In this document: piece by piece, positions 1-12,628 of the stretch
How the letters are laid out: every line of letters starts with the position of its first letter
Position numbering within the stretch: position 1 is the first letter of the stretch
Origin: Eledone cirrhosa
Lineage: Eukaryota
DNA: 64,000 nucleotides
Assembly: GCA_964016885.1 (NCBI GenBank)
Contig: OZ024748.1
Span: 14,756,001 to 14,820,000 of the forward strand
Direction: 5' to 3'
Notes under the pieces: generated by a model
What the model was told of the DNA's origin: nothing
The model's input: the letters and a program-made list of their open reading frames with translations, nothing else
Database searches by the model: none
Made by a program: the position numbers and the translations under genes

Positions 1-205
1 GGTTGAGAATGATGGTGATGGTGGTGATAATGTTAATGATGGTGATGATGGTGGTTATTGTTAATGGTGGTGATAATGGTGACAGTGATGATGATGATGA
101 TGATGGTGTTGAAGATGAAGATGATAATGATGATGATGAGGCTGAGAATAATGGTGATGGTGGTGATAATGGTGATTATTATGATAAAGACAATGATGAT
201 GATGA
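1..205. repeat. (GAT/GGT)n trinucleotide microsatellite
   Basis: Degenerate gat/ggt runs, followed by (TA)n at 220-261. Confidence 0.9.
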
Positions 206-217
206 CTCCTTAACTAG

Positions 218-263
<46 letters not shown>

Positions 264-693
264 AACTGCCATTGTTTCTATTTTTCTGACATTTTAGTTG
301 CTGATATATTAATTCCTTTTCCATGAATTCTAGTTAGAAATGGAACAACAAATAATGAAATGTCAAATTTTCAATTTATGAAGTAAATTCCTTGAATCAA
401 TATAACAATTTCTCTCTTCCATTGGCACAACATTTTATTGAAATAGTGAAAATAATAAATAACACAGTTTTACATCCCCACTCTGCAGGTTTGGGATGGT
501 TTATCCAGTAAATAGGATTGTTTACATAACTAGGTGTCCTTCCAACCATGTAATGATTTTTGTAGAAAATATCTAAAAAAAAACGTTTGTTAATTCAAAT
601 GTTTATAGTATTCTAGAGTTATAGTAACAACATTACATACAATCTTCATAGGATATCTATCATTAACCTTTTTTCTAACATGTTTTAACTCCT

Positions 694-825
694 TTCCAAC
701 ATTTCATGACTTCAAAGTTATGAACTCGTTTCCAACGGTTCATAACTTCAAAGTTATGAACTCGTTTCCAACATTTCATAACTTCAAAGTTATGAACTCG
801 TTTCCAATGGTTCATAACTTCAAAG
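694..825. repeat. 36-bp tandem repeat, ~3.7 copies, with internal palindrome
   Basis: Unit ttccaac(a/g)(t/g)ttcataacttcaaagttatgaactcgt; core ttcataactt-ca-aagttatgaa is self-complementary. Confidence 0.9.
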
Positions 826-1599
826 CTAGATGGGTTTACTAGTTTATTGATGGGATGTTTGTCAATCAAAATATTCATTTTACTGAAAAAAACACCCTGG
901 CACAGCAACTATAGCTGTGTAAAATATATGTGGCATTCAACAGGTTAAAACATTCGAGAAAGCACTTATGAGATGCAACCTCATAAGAGATCAACAAAAC
1001 CTACCTAGGTGTGATTTGTATATTTCATAAAAGTATTGTGGTAGTTGTCTACCTTGTTCACCCCCCCTCCTCGCCTTACCCCTCCTGCCATATTGCATCT
1101 ACCAGTGATAGTCAGTAGTGGTGATAGTAGGGAAAGAATATTATTTTGAATGTTATTTGGTACCTATTTGCAGCTGAATGGACTGTGGCATTTAAAGATA
1201 AGTATCTTTTTCATTGAACAAACACAAATCAAAGCCACAGACAAATACAATTCCCCCATCCCAACCCCCCAATTGTTCAGCCAGTAAGTAAATCTGCTAA
1301 TGAGACAATTTTAGTTTACACAGGTGAGATAAGGTAGAAGGATCAAAAATCAAAGAAAGAAAAACATGCTTTTGTTGTAGGGGATGACTCAAATATCAGA
1401 GTAGGAAATCAAAATAGACAAACTATGTAAAGTGGTTGGTGATTGGATCAAGAGAATAAAGGGTAGAGAGGACTCTTCAGTTTGGCCAAGAATAGGACAA
1501 TCTTTCTAGTGTTGGTGTAATGATAAAATGCACCCAGTGTATTCTGTAAAATAGCCATTTTGGTGCCACATAAAATGCACTCAGTACACTCTGTAAAAG

Positions 1600-1817
1600 A
1601 TTATCAGTAATTGGTAGAGTATTGGACAGCATGCTTTGCAGCATATAGTTACATTACAGCCCTTTATATTGTGAGTTCAAGTGCTGCTGAGGTTAGCTTT
1701 GCCTTTCATCTTTATTGGGGGTCAATAAAATAAAGTACCAGTAACACACTGTGGTCAATTTAAGTGAATTTACCCTTCCTTCAAATTGCTGGCCTTGTAC
1801 AAAATGTAGAAACAATT
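1600..1817 (+). mobile_element. tRNA-derived SINE, Meta-domain-like family, diverged copy
   Basis: gagttcaagtgc B-box-like; ctttgcctttcatc..ggtcaataaaataaagtaccag core; tgctggccttgt..gtagaaacaatt 3' end. Confidence 0.75.
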
Positions 1818-2044
1818 ATTTAATAACAATAACAGGAAATTTAAAAGACTTTATAATTGGAAATTCATTGGAAACACACCTTTATGGGAAGACTTCTACA
1901 AAATGAAATAAATGAAATATTTTCAGCAAAGTCTGAAGGAATTAGATTTTACATAATTTCCTAAAAAATTGAAATTGCTTAAAATTCCATTCTTTCAGAA
2001 ATTGTTTAAAATTCTATTTAAAATTTTTTTTTTATTTAAAAATT

Positions 2045-2555
2045 GTATCTGAGTATGTATGTGAACATGTGCGTATGCATATGTGTGAGTGAATGGTGTG
2101 TGTGCACATATATGTGAGTGCGAGAATGTGTTTGTGAATGTGTGTATACAGTATGATTGTATGATTTCTGTGAATGTGTAAATAATGTGTGTGTTTGTAT
2201 ATGCATGTGTGTGTCTGAATGTGTGTGTGAATGGTGTGTGCATATGTGTGTATGGGGTGGGGAGAATTTGCATATGAGTGTAACGTTATATTTGTGTGAA
2301 TGTGTGTGAGTGTGTGTGTGTGTGTGTGTGTATAATGTGATTGTGTTCCTGTGAACGTGTGTGAATGATGGATGTGTGCTTTTGTGCATGCATGTGTGTG
2401 TCTGAACATGAGTGAATGGTGTGTGTGTGTATCTATGCATATGTGGGCATGTGCATCTGGGTAAATGAGGTTATGTTTGTGTGTATATGTAAGTGTGTCT
2501 GTATGAGCATGTGTAAGTGTGCATGTGTATGTATGTGTGCATTTAAGTGACTGCA
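2045..2555. repeat. Degenerate (TG)n microsatellite
   Basis: TG-rich low-complexity tract. Confidence 0.9.
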
Positions 2556-2608
2556 TTGTTTTTTAAAATGCTAACTTTTGTTTCAAATTACTTTTCCTGC
2601 TGACAACA

Positions 2609-3300
2609 TCATCATCATCAACGTTTAACGTCCGTGTTCCACGCTTGCATGGGTTTGGACGGGGGTAGTCCCACTTGAGGCAAGAGTGATTGTCTTGCTC
2701 GCATAGGACTGTCTGGCAGGTTTTCTACAGTTGGATGCCCTTCCTAACACCAACCACATTTACAGTGTGGGTCTGGGAGGTTTTTACCGTGTTGCCTACA
2801 CGGCCACATTACAGCGTGGACTGTGTGTTTTTTTGTCGTGACACCTACACGATCTCATTTGTTTCGGCCTCGATGGCGCGGCACCAACATAACTTTACAT
2901 AGAACGGGGTGGTGTGGATGGGGTAGGGGTGGGGGTGGTGGGACGGGGTGTATTTTGTTAGGGATGCCTACTGGCTGGAGTAGGTTTTACTATATATTTA
3001 GGTAAGGCGGGTCTTCTCTGTTACTGAGTACCGCCAAAGGTCTCGGTCCAGTGACATTGTCCTGGAGAGGTGTAAGTGTGTGATGTCGGAGTTTATCAGC
3101 TCGTCCCAGGTTTTTCTAGGTCTGCCTATTCCGTGACTACCGTCTATCTTTATTGCCCTGCACTTTGTTATACAGCTATCGACTTTCATGCGCATCACGT
3201 GTCCATACCAACGTAGCCTTCTCTCGAGTAAACAACATCTGATCCCTCTTATCTCTAATTTTTTCCTTAGTTCGTTTATGCTTTGCCGTTCACGTATATT
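2609..3300 (-). mobile_element. 5'-truncated RTE-clade LINE: ORF2 C-terminus plus 3' UTR carrying SINE-like modules
   Basis: Minus frame NIRERQSINELRKKLEIRGIRCCLLERRLRWYGHVMRM..GRPRKTW..DRDLWR..stop at 2998 matches RTE C-terminal motifs; ends in ggacgttaaacgttgatgatgat; acaaca repeated at 2603-2608 and 3301-3306 (possible TSD). Confidence 0.8.
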
Positions 3301-3550
3301 ACAACAGTGAAATAAATTTCTAAATTGTGAAGTTCCACCATCATGTAGTTATTGTTTTTAAGAAAGGTGCATTATTGTATAACGTTCCTAGAAACAACTT
3401 TTCTATCAATAAGCTAGACACCATAGTCAATATTTATTCATTTTTAAATGTTTGTACATGTGCATGTACATATATATATATATATATGCATGTCTGTGTA
3501 TATAAATATGTGTATATATTTATGCATATATATGTGTGTGTGTGCGTGTT

Positions 3551-3580
<30 letters not shown>

Positions 3581-3582
<2 letters not shown>

Positions 3583-3789
3583 AAGAAGTGCCAGGAAATG
3601 CCAGTTGAAGGAAGACGTGGTAGAGGTAGACCACGAAAAACATGGGCGGAGGTGGTGAGAACACACCTCAGATCATTGAAGCTCACGGTGGAGATGACGA
3701 GGGACCGTGACGAGTGGAGAGATGCTGTGCTGAATAAGACCCGTCCCACCCTTGCAAGCAGGGAAAAGCGGACGTAAAATGATGATGAT
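3581..3789 (+). mobile_element. RTE-clade LINE extreme 3' fragment
   Basis: KKCQEMPVEGRRGRGRPRKTWAEVV..TRDRDEWRDAV..stop at 3775-3777, then (GAT)n tail; 5' end fused to (TA)n. Confidence 0.85.
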
Positions 3790-3971
3790 ATATATCTGTG
3801 TGTGTATTTGCATATATATATATACACATAGACATACACAGACACACATATCATCGTCACCATCATTTAATGGCTTCTTTCAATGTTTTCATGGGCTGGA
3901 CATATTTTTATGGTCTGATGCTAGATTGGTAAGTGTTCCACATCTTGACTTTTACATTTCATTCTGTAATA

Positions 3972-4512
3972 TATATCTATTGGACCATCAAAATTTCAAT
4001 TCAATATAAATGATACATTGTAAATGTTGTGTGTAAAATGGTGTGACTTATTCACTGGACCTACAAAACCTCTTTTCAAAATATATGGTACATTGTAAAT
4101 GTAAATAAAATGGAAGTGTAAATAGTTCACAATATATAATTGTTTCTACTTTAGGCGCAAGGCCATCAATTACCCAGTGCATTACTGGTACTTTATTTTA
4201 TCAACCCCGTAAGGATGAAAGGCAAAGTCAACCTCGGCAGGATTTGAACTCAGATCATAAAGGGACGTAACTATGCTGCCAATCCACCGCCCTTCATAAC
4301 CAGTTCACAATATATAATACCTTGTAAATGTTGTATATAAAATGGAGGTCTGACTTATCTACTGGACCGACAAAACTTTAGTTCAAAATATATGATATTT
4401 GTAAATGTTGTATATAAAATGGACGTGTGACCTATCTATTGGGCCTACAAAACCTTAGTTCAAAATCATGTTACATTGTGAATATATATAAAATGTTGGT
4501 ATGACATATTTA
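3972..4512. repeat. Degenerate ~75-bp tandem repeat, interrupted by a SINE
   Basis: Recurring atcta(t/c)tggacc..caaaac..ttcaaaatatatg..cattgtaaatgttgtatataaaatgg unit, about 5 copies. Confidence 0.75.
4141..4301 (-). mobile_element. Meta-domain-like SINE with 17-bp TSD
   Basis: Reverse complement of the 12629-12814 family, internally deleted; agttcacaatatataat at 4124-4140 and 4302-4318. Confidence 0.85.
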
Positions 4513-5149
4513 GTAGTGTGACTTGTACATAGGCATCTGCAGTATATTATATAATTATTTCATGCTGTGTTAAAGAAAATAGTTGAAAAAATAACTGAAA
4601 ATGTAATTACTGTATTCATTCATGTATATACATCACACCTTTTCCTCACACACACGTGAAAATTACATTAAAACCAGCATGTGTTTTATCTACTGAGCCC
4701 ACAGAACCTTATACATGAGTCAAGTATTGAGCCTAGTATGTTGTATGTAAAAGAAGGTTATGATTTATCTAGCAGTGCAACTCATACACATGTATATACA
4801 TGGTATATGAGATGTAAAAAATATGAAAATGTATAATTAGGGTGAATAACTGTGAGAAACATAGTCAATAATTTGTATTGTCTTCCTTCTGTTTTTTGCT
4901 GAAGTTAGGTATATGACGATGGTTACAACCTTAAAATTCATAGCGAAAGGCCTTCAAATGTTTTTCATAAACACCCCATATATTACTCAATATACAATAC
5001 GTACATTTATAGTCAATAAAATTTTAGAACATACAGGTATATATTAATACAGGTACATATTACAGGTTTAATATTATTACAAATGTATATCATTTATGTG
5101 TAATATTATTACAAATATAAATTACATGTATTCAGGTATATATTATTAT

Positions 5150-5562
5150 AGGTGACCTCTCGGAATAATCTTCCCGTCCCCCAGCTTATTAATTTTTCAG
5201 ATGTTCCCACCATCCTTCTTTTATACCACCCACCTTATTAAATTTTACTAATCTATCCTCCATGAAATTTTATTTTAATGGGTAGCATGCCTGCGATGAA
5301 TAATTTTCTTTATACATTAAGAAACAGTATACATGACAACAAAAATACATTACTAGAAATTCCATATGTTATAAAATAAATAGGATGGGTTGGGGGTCTC
5401 AATATGTAAACTAAACGACTAATTCTGTATTTTTTTAAATTCAACAGAGAAAATCGAGAAAAATTACCGATTTTACTGTACCCCCACTTATTCCAACTCC
5501 TCAGCTTATTCCACCCACCCCCTATTCCAACTCCCCTGCTTATTATTTGGGATCCAAGAGTA
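5150..5562. mobile_element. Possible non-autonomous DNA transposon remnant
   Basis: Weakly inverted ends (ctctcggaataat / attatttgggatccaagagta) and subterminal ccc..cttatt repeats; it splits a 20-bp tandem array. Confidence 0.35.
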
Positions 5563-5585
5563 CATTATTACAAGTATATATTATT

Positions 5586-5925
5586 CATTATCATCATCAT
5601 TTCATTTTATGTCCGCTTTTCCCTGCTTGCAAGGGTGGGACGGGAACTGATTCTGGCTTGATTTCTACAGCTGGATGCCCTTCCTAACACCAACCTCATT
5701 TACAGTGAGTGCTGGGTGCTTTTTTCCGTGGCGCCTACACGTCCACTTTGTAGTGGAATGATATGGACCCCAGTCCTATCATCTCATTTCTATAGCTGAG
5801 TAAACTGGAGCAATATGAAATAAAGTGTCTTGCTCAAGGAAACAACACATCACCTGGTCTGAGAATTGAACTCACAACCTTTTGATTGCTAGGCCAATGC
5901 TCTAACCACTAAGCCATGTGCCTCC
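5586..5925 (-). mobile_element. tRNA-headed CORE-like SINE with RTE-derived tail
   Basis: A box tggcttagtggttagagc, B box gagttcaattc, CORE-like ccttgagcaagacactttatttca, tail matching the RTE fragment at 3581-3789. Confidence 0.9.
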
Positions 5926-5929
5926 ATAT

Positions 5930-6285
5930 TATATGTGTATATTAGTAGAAGTGTATATTAGTATATATGTATATAATTACAAGTATATATTACATGTATA
6001 TTAGTACAGGTGTATATTAGGATAGGTGTAAATTATTACAGGTATATATTAGTACAGATGTAAACTATTACCGGTGTAACGTGTATATTAGTAGGGGTAT
6101 ATATTAGTAAAGGTGTGTATTATTACATGTGTATATTATTATTACAGGTGTAAACTATTACAGGTATATATTATTACAGGTGTAAAATATTACAGGTATA
6201 TATTATTACAGGTGTAAACTATTACAGGTGTATACATTAGTACAGGTATATGTTAGTACAGGTGTAAATTATTAGAGGTGTATAT
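5930..6285. repeat. Degenerate ~18-20-bp tandem repeat (atta(g/t)tacaggt(g/a)tat)
   Basis: Repeated tacaggt core; the same unit occurs at 5030-5150. Confidence 0.8.
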
Positions 6286-6500
6286 TCGAACACTAACAAT
6301 GCAATAGATACTCAAGTATGATATATTCGATATGAAAAATATGAAAATATATAACAGAACATATACCTGGTGGGTTGATTAACTATACAGGTATAGTAGA
6401 ATGTGCAGGTGTGTCTTACTATAGGTATATACTTCCTTGATGAAATATTCCTCTGTCTGTACAATCTACATTGAAACTAAATCTTCTGACATTATTATAG

Positions 6501-6662
6501 AGGGTCGGATGCCAAGCTTTGACGCATGGAGTTACGGCACTTGCCATTCTGAGTTCAAATCCCGCCGAGGTTAACTTTGCCTTTCATCCTTACGGGGTCG
6601 ATAAAATAAAGTACCAGTAATGCACTGGGTAATTGCTGGCCTTGTGCCAATAGTAGAAACAA
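6501..6662 (+). mobile_element. Meta-domain-like SINE, 5'-truncated
   Basis: B box gagttcaaatccc; gcctttcatccttacggggtcgataaaataaagtaccag; attattata on both sides. Confidence 0.85.
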
Positions 6663-6814
6663 TTATTATAATCCTAATATTATAAGTGAGTAAAGAAATT
6701 ATTCCTATTTCTTTTTATTATTAGAATTGTTTTAATTCATCACAATTGTTGCTTTGGAAATATTTACAAGTAAAATCCAGAGCTATCCAATAAATGTCCA
6801 TTAAAAAATGTCTT

Positions 6815-7168
6815 TTAACTGTGAGACCAATGTCGAAACTCCATGTAGTGGTTTAGGTGACCTTTAACTTTAGCTGTCCTTACATAACGACACAATAACA
6901 CAGTCCAAACTCCATGTAATGGAAGGTACTCTTTAACTTTAGTTGTCCTTACATAGCCACACCACAACACAGTTCAAGTTCTATGTAATAGTAAGTACTT
7001 TTTAATTTTAGCTGTCCTTACATAACCATAAAACAATACAGTCCAAACTCCATGTAATGGTAGGTACTCTTTAACTTTAGCTGTCCTTACATAACCACAA
7101 AATAACACAGTCTAAACACCATGATCCTCTTTAACTTTAGCTGTCCTACATAGCCACAAAACAACACA
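6815..7168. repeat. ~69-bp minisatellite, 5 copies
   Basis: Unit ctccatgtaatggtaggtactctttaactttagctgtccttacataaccac..cacagtccaaa. Confidence 0.9.
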
Positions 7169-7673
7169 TGTTTGTTATATACGTTGTAGTGTTTTATGTT
7201 TATTTGTACATTCATGTCTATACATAATATTAAATTATACATACACACATACCTACCTATGTACATAACCATATATATATATACATAACCATACACACAC
7301 ATAAATACATTCATGCACACATATACATAAACACACACATATACATGCACACATATACATAAACACACATACATACATTCATGTACACATTTACATAAAC
7401 ATACACACACATACAGACATGCACACATATACATAAACACATGCACACACACACACACAAATACATTCATGCATACATATACATAAACATACACACACAC
7501 ATACATGCATTCATGCGCACATACATATATACACACACATACATACATTCATGTACATATTGACAAACATATATGTATATATGTACACACACACACACAC
7601 ATATGCATACATAGAGTGGTTTTTTTTTGTTATTATTATTTTGTCAATAAATTATTATTATTCTGTAGCTTAC

Positions 7674-7787
7674 AGTTGAGAAAACTATTTCTAATTAGGC
7701 GTGGATGGTATTGAATATTGGTGATTGATACTGTATCATCTGTGCTACCACTGGTAACAGATGGACCATTTCTCAATAATTTTCCCA
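7674..7787 (-). CDS. Candidate internal coding exon (114 bp, phase 1-1), product unknown
   Basis: attag| acceptor, |gtaagc donor, one open frame GKLLRNGPSVTSGSTDDTVSITNIQYHPRLIRNSFLN in unique sequence between microsatellites. Confidence 0.3.
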
Positions 7788-7869
7788 CTAATAATAATAA
7801 TAATAATAATAATATGTTTATTGAAGGCGAGGAACACTGTTGATATAGATTGGAGAATGGGTGGAGTTT

Positions 7870-8215
7870 AATGAGAGAGAGGGGAAGGGTGAGAGAGATG
7901 AAGAGAAAGAGGGAGAGAAAGAGTGTGAGAGAGGGAGAGAGAGAAAGAGAGGGGAAGTGAGAGAGACAGAGAGAGAAAGAGAGGGGAAATGTGAGAGAGA
8001 GAGAGAAAGAGGGGAAGTGTGAGAGAGAGAGAAAAAGAGGGGAAGTGTGAGAAAGAGAGAAAAAGAGGGGAAGTGTGAGAGAGAGAGAGAAAAAGAGGGG
8101 AAGTGTGTGAGAGAGAGAGAGAGATTGAGAGAGAGGAAGTGTGTGAGAGAGAGAGAGAGATTGAGAGAGGGGAAGTGTGAGAGAGAGAGAAAGAGAGGGG
8201 AAGTGTGAGAGAGAA
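7870..8215. repeat. (GA)n-rich compound repeat with ggggaagtgt motif
   Basis: Purine-rich tandem units. Confidence 0.9.
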
Positions 8216-8351
8216 GATGTAATATGTTTGAAGTTGTCCCCTGTTAAAATGGTAATGAGTGTTGTCGGCCTTCAGTTGTTTTTTTCTTCTTTTTCTCAGC
8301 TAGATTGTTAAGAAATCTTAAACAACTTATTATCATCCTGACCATTTAAAC

Positions 8352-9138
8352 CACAAGTTCTCAACCCATTTAGGCCTAACGCCCCCTTTTGTCCCTCGAA
8401 ATCACGAAACGCCCCCCCCCCCCCCTACTTTTCTACTTTTCAATATACTACTGATTTTTATATCAGTAGATTACTAAAAAATTGATTAACAATATTCCAA
8501 AGATGTGTGTATTATCTGATTATGTGTTGTATGTGGTTCTAGATGTGTGTATTATCTGATTATGTGTTGTATGTGGTCCTAGATGTGTGTATTATCTGAT
8601 TATGTGTTGTATGTGGTCCTAGATGTGTGTGCTACTCGTTTCTGTTTTTTCTTTTCTTTTTTTATTTGTAATATTATTTATACAATAGGGAATAAAATAG
8701 ATCTACATAGTGTTAACTCGTTACGGTTGAGTCAATAATTTCAGACATGAAATACATTGTTATCGGTGAAGGAAAGATATGATTCTAACTGGCTGCGCTC
8801 AAAGTGTCTTTGACCCAGTTGACTGTGGGTTTTTCCATTTTTAGGATCTCAATTACCGGTTAATGTCTCAATTACCAGACATGCCTGCACACTTGCTCAC
8901 AGCTGCGGTCAGACTATAGTTATGCTGTCTGCAAGCTCATTCAAATGCATTCACACTGGCTGTCTCAAAGACATACAAATATGGCTTATAAAACTTACCA
9001 TAATAAAGAGCCTTCCAGCGCCCCCTAACCCCCCTCCCCCAGCTCCAAACGTCCCCCTAACGCGACCTTACTCCCAAACGCCCCCTGGAGTTCCGAAACG
9101 CCCCCGGGGGTGCATATGCCCCCCGTTGAGAACCTTTG
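8352..9138. mobile_element. Non-autonomous hAT-type DNA transposon (MITE)
   Basis: 14-bp imperfect TIRs cacaagttctcaac / gttgagaacctttg; exact 8-bp TSD atttaaac at 8344-8351 and 9139-9146; subterminal aacgccccc repeats; internal 40-bp x3 repeat at 8501-8630. Confidence 0.9.
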
Positions 9139-9992
9139 ATTTAAACTATTTCAACCATCTTTACTATCTTCTTGACCAACTTAATTATCTTAATCCTCTT
9201 CTAAACCATCGTAATCATCATCTTAACTGTCTTGACCATCAACATCATCTCAACCACCTTTACCATCTCCTTGACCAGCTTGAACCTCTTAATAATCTTA
9301 ATCTTCTAAACCATCTTAATCATCAAATCATCATCTTAACCATCAATACCATCTCAACAACCTTTACAATCTTCTTGACCCCCTTCACCATTTTAATCAT
9401 CTCCTTGACCAACTTAACCTCTTAACCATCTTCTAATCCTTCTTAAGCATCATCTTGATCATCTCAATCACCTTTACCATCATTGTAACCATTTTATCAT
9501 TTACTTAACTTCCTTTACCTTCATCTTGACCAATTTAACCAATTTAACCATCTAGAATAGTGTGTCCCAACCTGGGCAATAGTGTGCATTGGTGAGTAGA
9601 CCATCTCAACCAACATTGCTACTTGCTATTTTCTTGACTAACATCACCATTGTAATCATCTTCTTTACCAACCTAATTATCATCTAGACCATTTTAACCA
9701 TCTTATAAAGGCTTTTAAGTTAAGCAATAGGTCAGCAATTTAGAGGTAGAAAGAAATGTCGATTATATCAAACCCACGTACTTTATTTTATCAATCATGG
9801 AAGAATGAAAGGCAAAGTTGATTTCATTGGAATTTGAAGCCAGAACAAATAATACTACGCATTTGTGTGATGCTCTAACGACCCTGCTAATCCACAGCTC
9901 TGAAGCTATCATATAATGATTGTGTAAACTATCTTCTCTTTCTCTCTCTCTTACACACATGTACACTATATCTTTCTCTTTTATAGACATAC

Positions 9993-10135
9993 ACTTGTCT
10001 CTCTCTTTCGCTCTTTCTCACACAAACACACACAACTTGTCTCTCTCTTTCGCTCTTTCTCACACAAACACACACAACTTGTCTCTCTCTTTCGCTCTTT
10101 CTCACACAAACACACACAACTTGTCTCTCTCTCTC
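9993..10135. repeat. 42-bp tandem repeat, ~3.3 copies
   Basis: acttgtctctctctttcgctctttctcacacaaacacacaca starting at 9993, 10035, 10077, 10119. Confidence 0.95.
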
Positions 10136-10382
10136 TTACATAACATGCACTATTTCTCTCTCTCACACACACACTATATAACTCTTTCACACAAACTATT
10201 TCTCTCACTCATATACATACACCAGCCGTCTCACTCACACACATACACCATCCCACTGTCCCCCCCCTCTCAAGATGTTTAATTCAAACATTACGTTGTT
10301 CAGGATAATCTTTTAGAAGAGATCTTTGGGAAAAATTTAGATTTCTCTGTAAATTTTACACATTTTATTATTGGTATGGAAT

Positions 10383-10726
10383 GGTTGTTGTTGTTGTTAC
10401 TGGTGTTGTTGTTACTGGTGTTGCTGTTGTTGTTGTTGCTGTTGTTGTTGCTGCTGTTATTGCTATTTGTTGTTGTTAGTTGCTGCTGCTGCTGTTGTTA
10501 CTGTTATTATTGTTAGTTGCTGTTATTGTTACTGTTGTTGTTGTTACTGGTGTTGTTGCTGTTATTATTGTTACTGTTGTAGTTGTTATTGTTGTTGTTG
10601 TTAATGTTAGTTGCTGTCATTGTTACTGTTGTTACTGTTACTGTTGTTGTTGTTGCTGCTGCTGCTGTTGTGATTGTTGTATCATTGTTAAGGATGGTAG
10701 CAGTGGTAGTAGTAGTAGTAGTAGTG

Positions 10727-10773
<47 letters not shown>

Positions 10774-10832
10774 AGTAGTGGTAGTAGTAGTAGTAGTAGT
10801 GGTAGTAGTAGCAGTGGTGGTAGTAGTAGTAA

Positions 10833-10865
<33 letters not shown>

Positions 10866-10925
10866 CAGTGGTAGCAGTAGTAGTAGTAGTAGTAGTGGTA
10901 GTAGTAGCAGGAGGAGTAGGAGTGA
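10383..10925. repeat. (GTT/GCT)n and (AGT)n trinucleotide microsatellites
   Basis: Direct inspection. Confidence 0.95.
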
Positions 10926-11235
10926 CAATAAGATTTGCAATGAAAATTGTTTCCTTATCAAACTGAGGCTGATTTAATAGTTTCTTTGAAGTTCAATATT
11001 ATTATTATTATTACTATTATTATGTAATAAAGAAAGAAAGAAATCATTATTATTGTTTTGTTTCTGTTAAATGTTTGCACCATTTAATTAGTAATCTATT
11101 CTGTCAAAGATCTTTAATACACACACATACATACACACACACATATATACATACATACATACATACACACACATACATACACATATACACTACAAACATA
11201 CATACATACACTACTCACAGACACTCTCATAGTGA

Positions 11236-12590
11236 CACTGGATATTGCTTTTACACACACGCGCGCACACAGTGACATTTGATATTGATCTCATACACTA
11301 CATACACACACACACAGTCACAGTTGATATTGCATTTACACACATACACACACACACTTGATATTGCTCTTATACATACACACACATACACTTGATATTG
11401 CTCTTACACACACACTACACACATACACACACACTTGATATTGCTCTTACACACACTACACACATACTCACACACTTGATATTGCTCTTACACACACTAC
11501 ACACCCTCACATTTGATATTGCTCTTACATACACACACACACACACCCTCACATTTGATATTGCTCTTACATACACACACACACCCTCACATTTGATATT
11601 GCTCTTACACACACACACACACACCCTCACATTTGATATTGCTCTTACATACACACACACTCACATTTGATATTGCTCTTACATACACACACACATCCTC
11701 ACATTTGATATTGCTCTTACACACACACACACACACACACTCACATTTGATATTGCTCTTACATACACACACACATCCTCACATTTGATATTGCTCTTAC
11801 ACACACACACACACTCACATTTGATATTGCTCTTACATACACACACACACTTGATATTGCCCTTACACACACTACACACCCTCACATTTGATATTGCTCT
11901 TAGATACACACACACACCCTCACATTTGATATTGCTCTTACATACACACACACACACCCTCACATTTGATATTGCTCTTACATACACACACACACACATT
12001 CACATTAGATATTGCTCTTACATACACACACACACACCCTCACATTTGATATTGCTCTTACATACACACACACACTCACATTTGATATTGCTCTTACATA
12101 CACACACACACTCACATTTGAGATTGCTCTTACATACACACACACACTCACATTTGATATTGCTCTTACATACACACACACACACACACTCACACATTTG
12201 ATATTGCTCTTACATACATACACACACTCACACATTTGATATTGCTCTTACATACACACACACACACACTCACACATTTGATATTGCTCTTACATACACA
12301 CACACACTCACATTTGATATTGCTCTTACATACACACACACACTCACATTTGTTATTGCTCTTACATACACTCACACTCACATTTGATATTGCTCTTACA
12401 TACACACACACACACACACTCACATTTGATATTGCTCTTACATACACACACACTCACACATTTGATATTGCTCTTACATACACTCACACTCGATATTGCT
12501 CTTACATACACACACACACTCACATTTGATATTGCTCTTACATGCACACACACACATTTGATATTGCTCTTACATACACACACACACTTT
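11236..12590. repeat. Minisatellite with constant ~20-bp core and variable (CA)n spacers
   Basis: Core cac(a)tttgatattgctcttaca repeated roughly 35-40 times. Confidence 0.95.
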
Positions 12591-12628
12591 AGATTGAACT
12601 TATTAATTTTCATTATATTTATTTCTCT

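Noticed and set aside
6366-6470. Kringle- or chitin-binding-like exon on minus (DCTDRGIFHQG / RHTCTFYYTC)
   Set aside because: The motifs lie in different frames and overlap the degenerate tacaggt tandem repeat
10371-10977. Cys-, Ser-, Val- or Leu-rich ORFs (also 44285-44835)
   Set aside because: Pure trinucleotide microsatellites
11236-12590. CRISPR array
   Set aside because: Spacers are only (CA)n of varying length, there are no cas genes, and the context is eukaryotic
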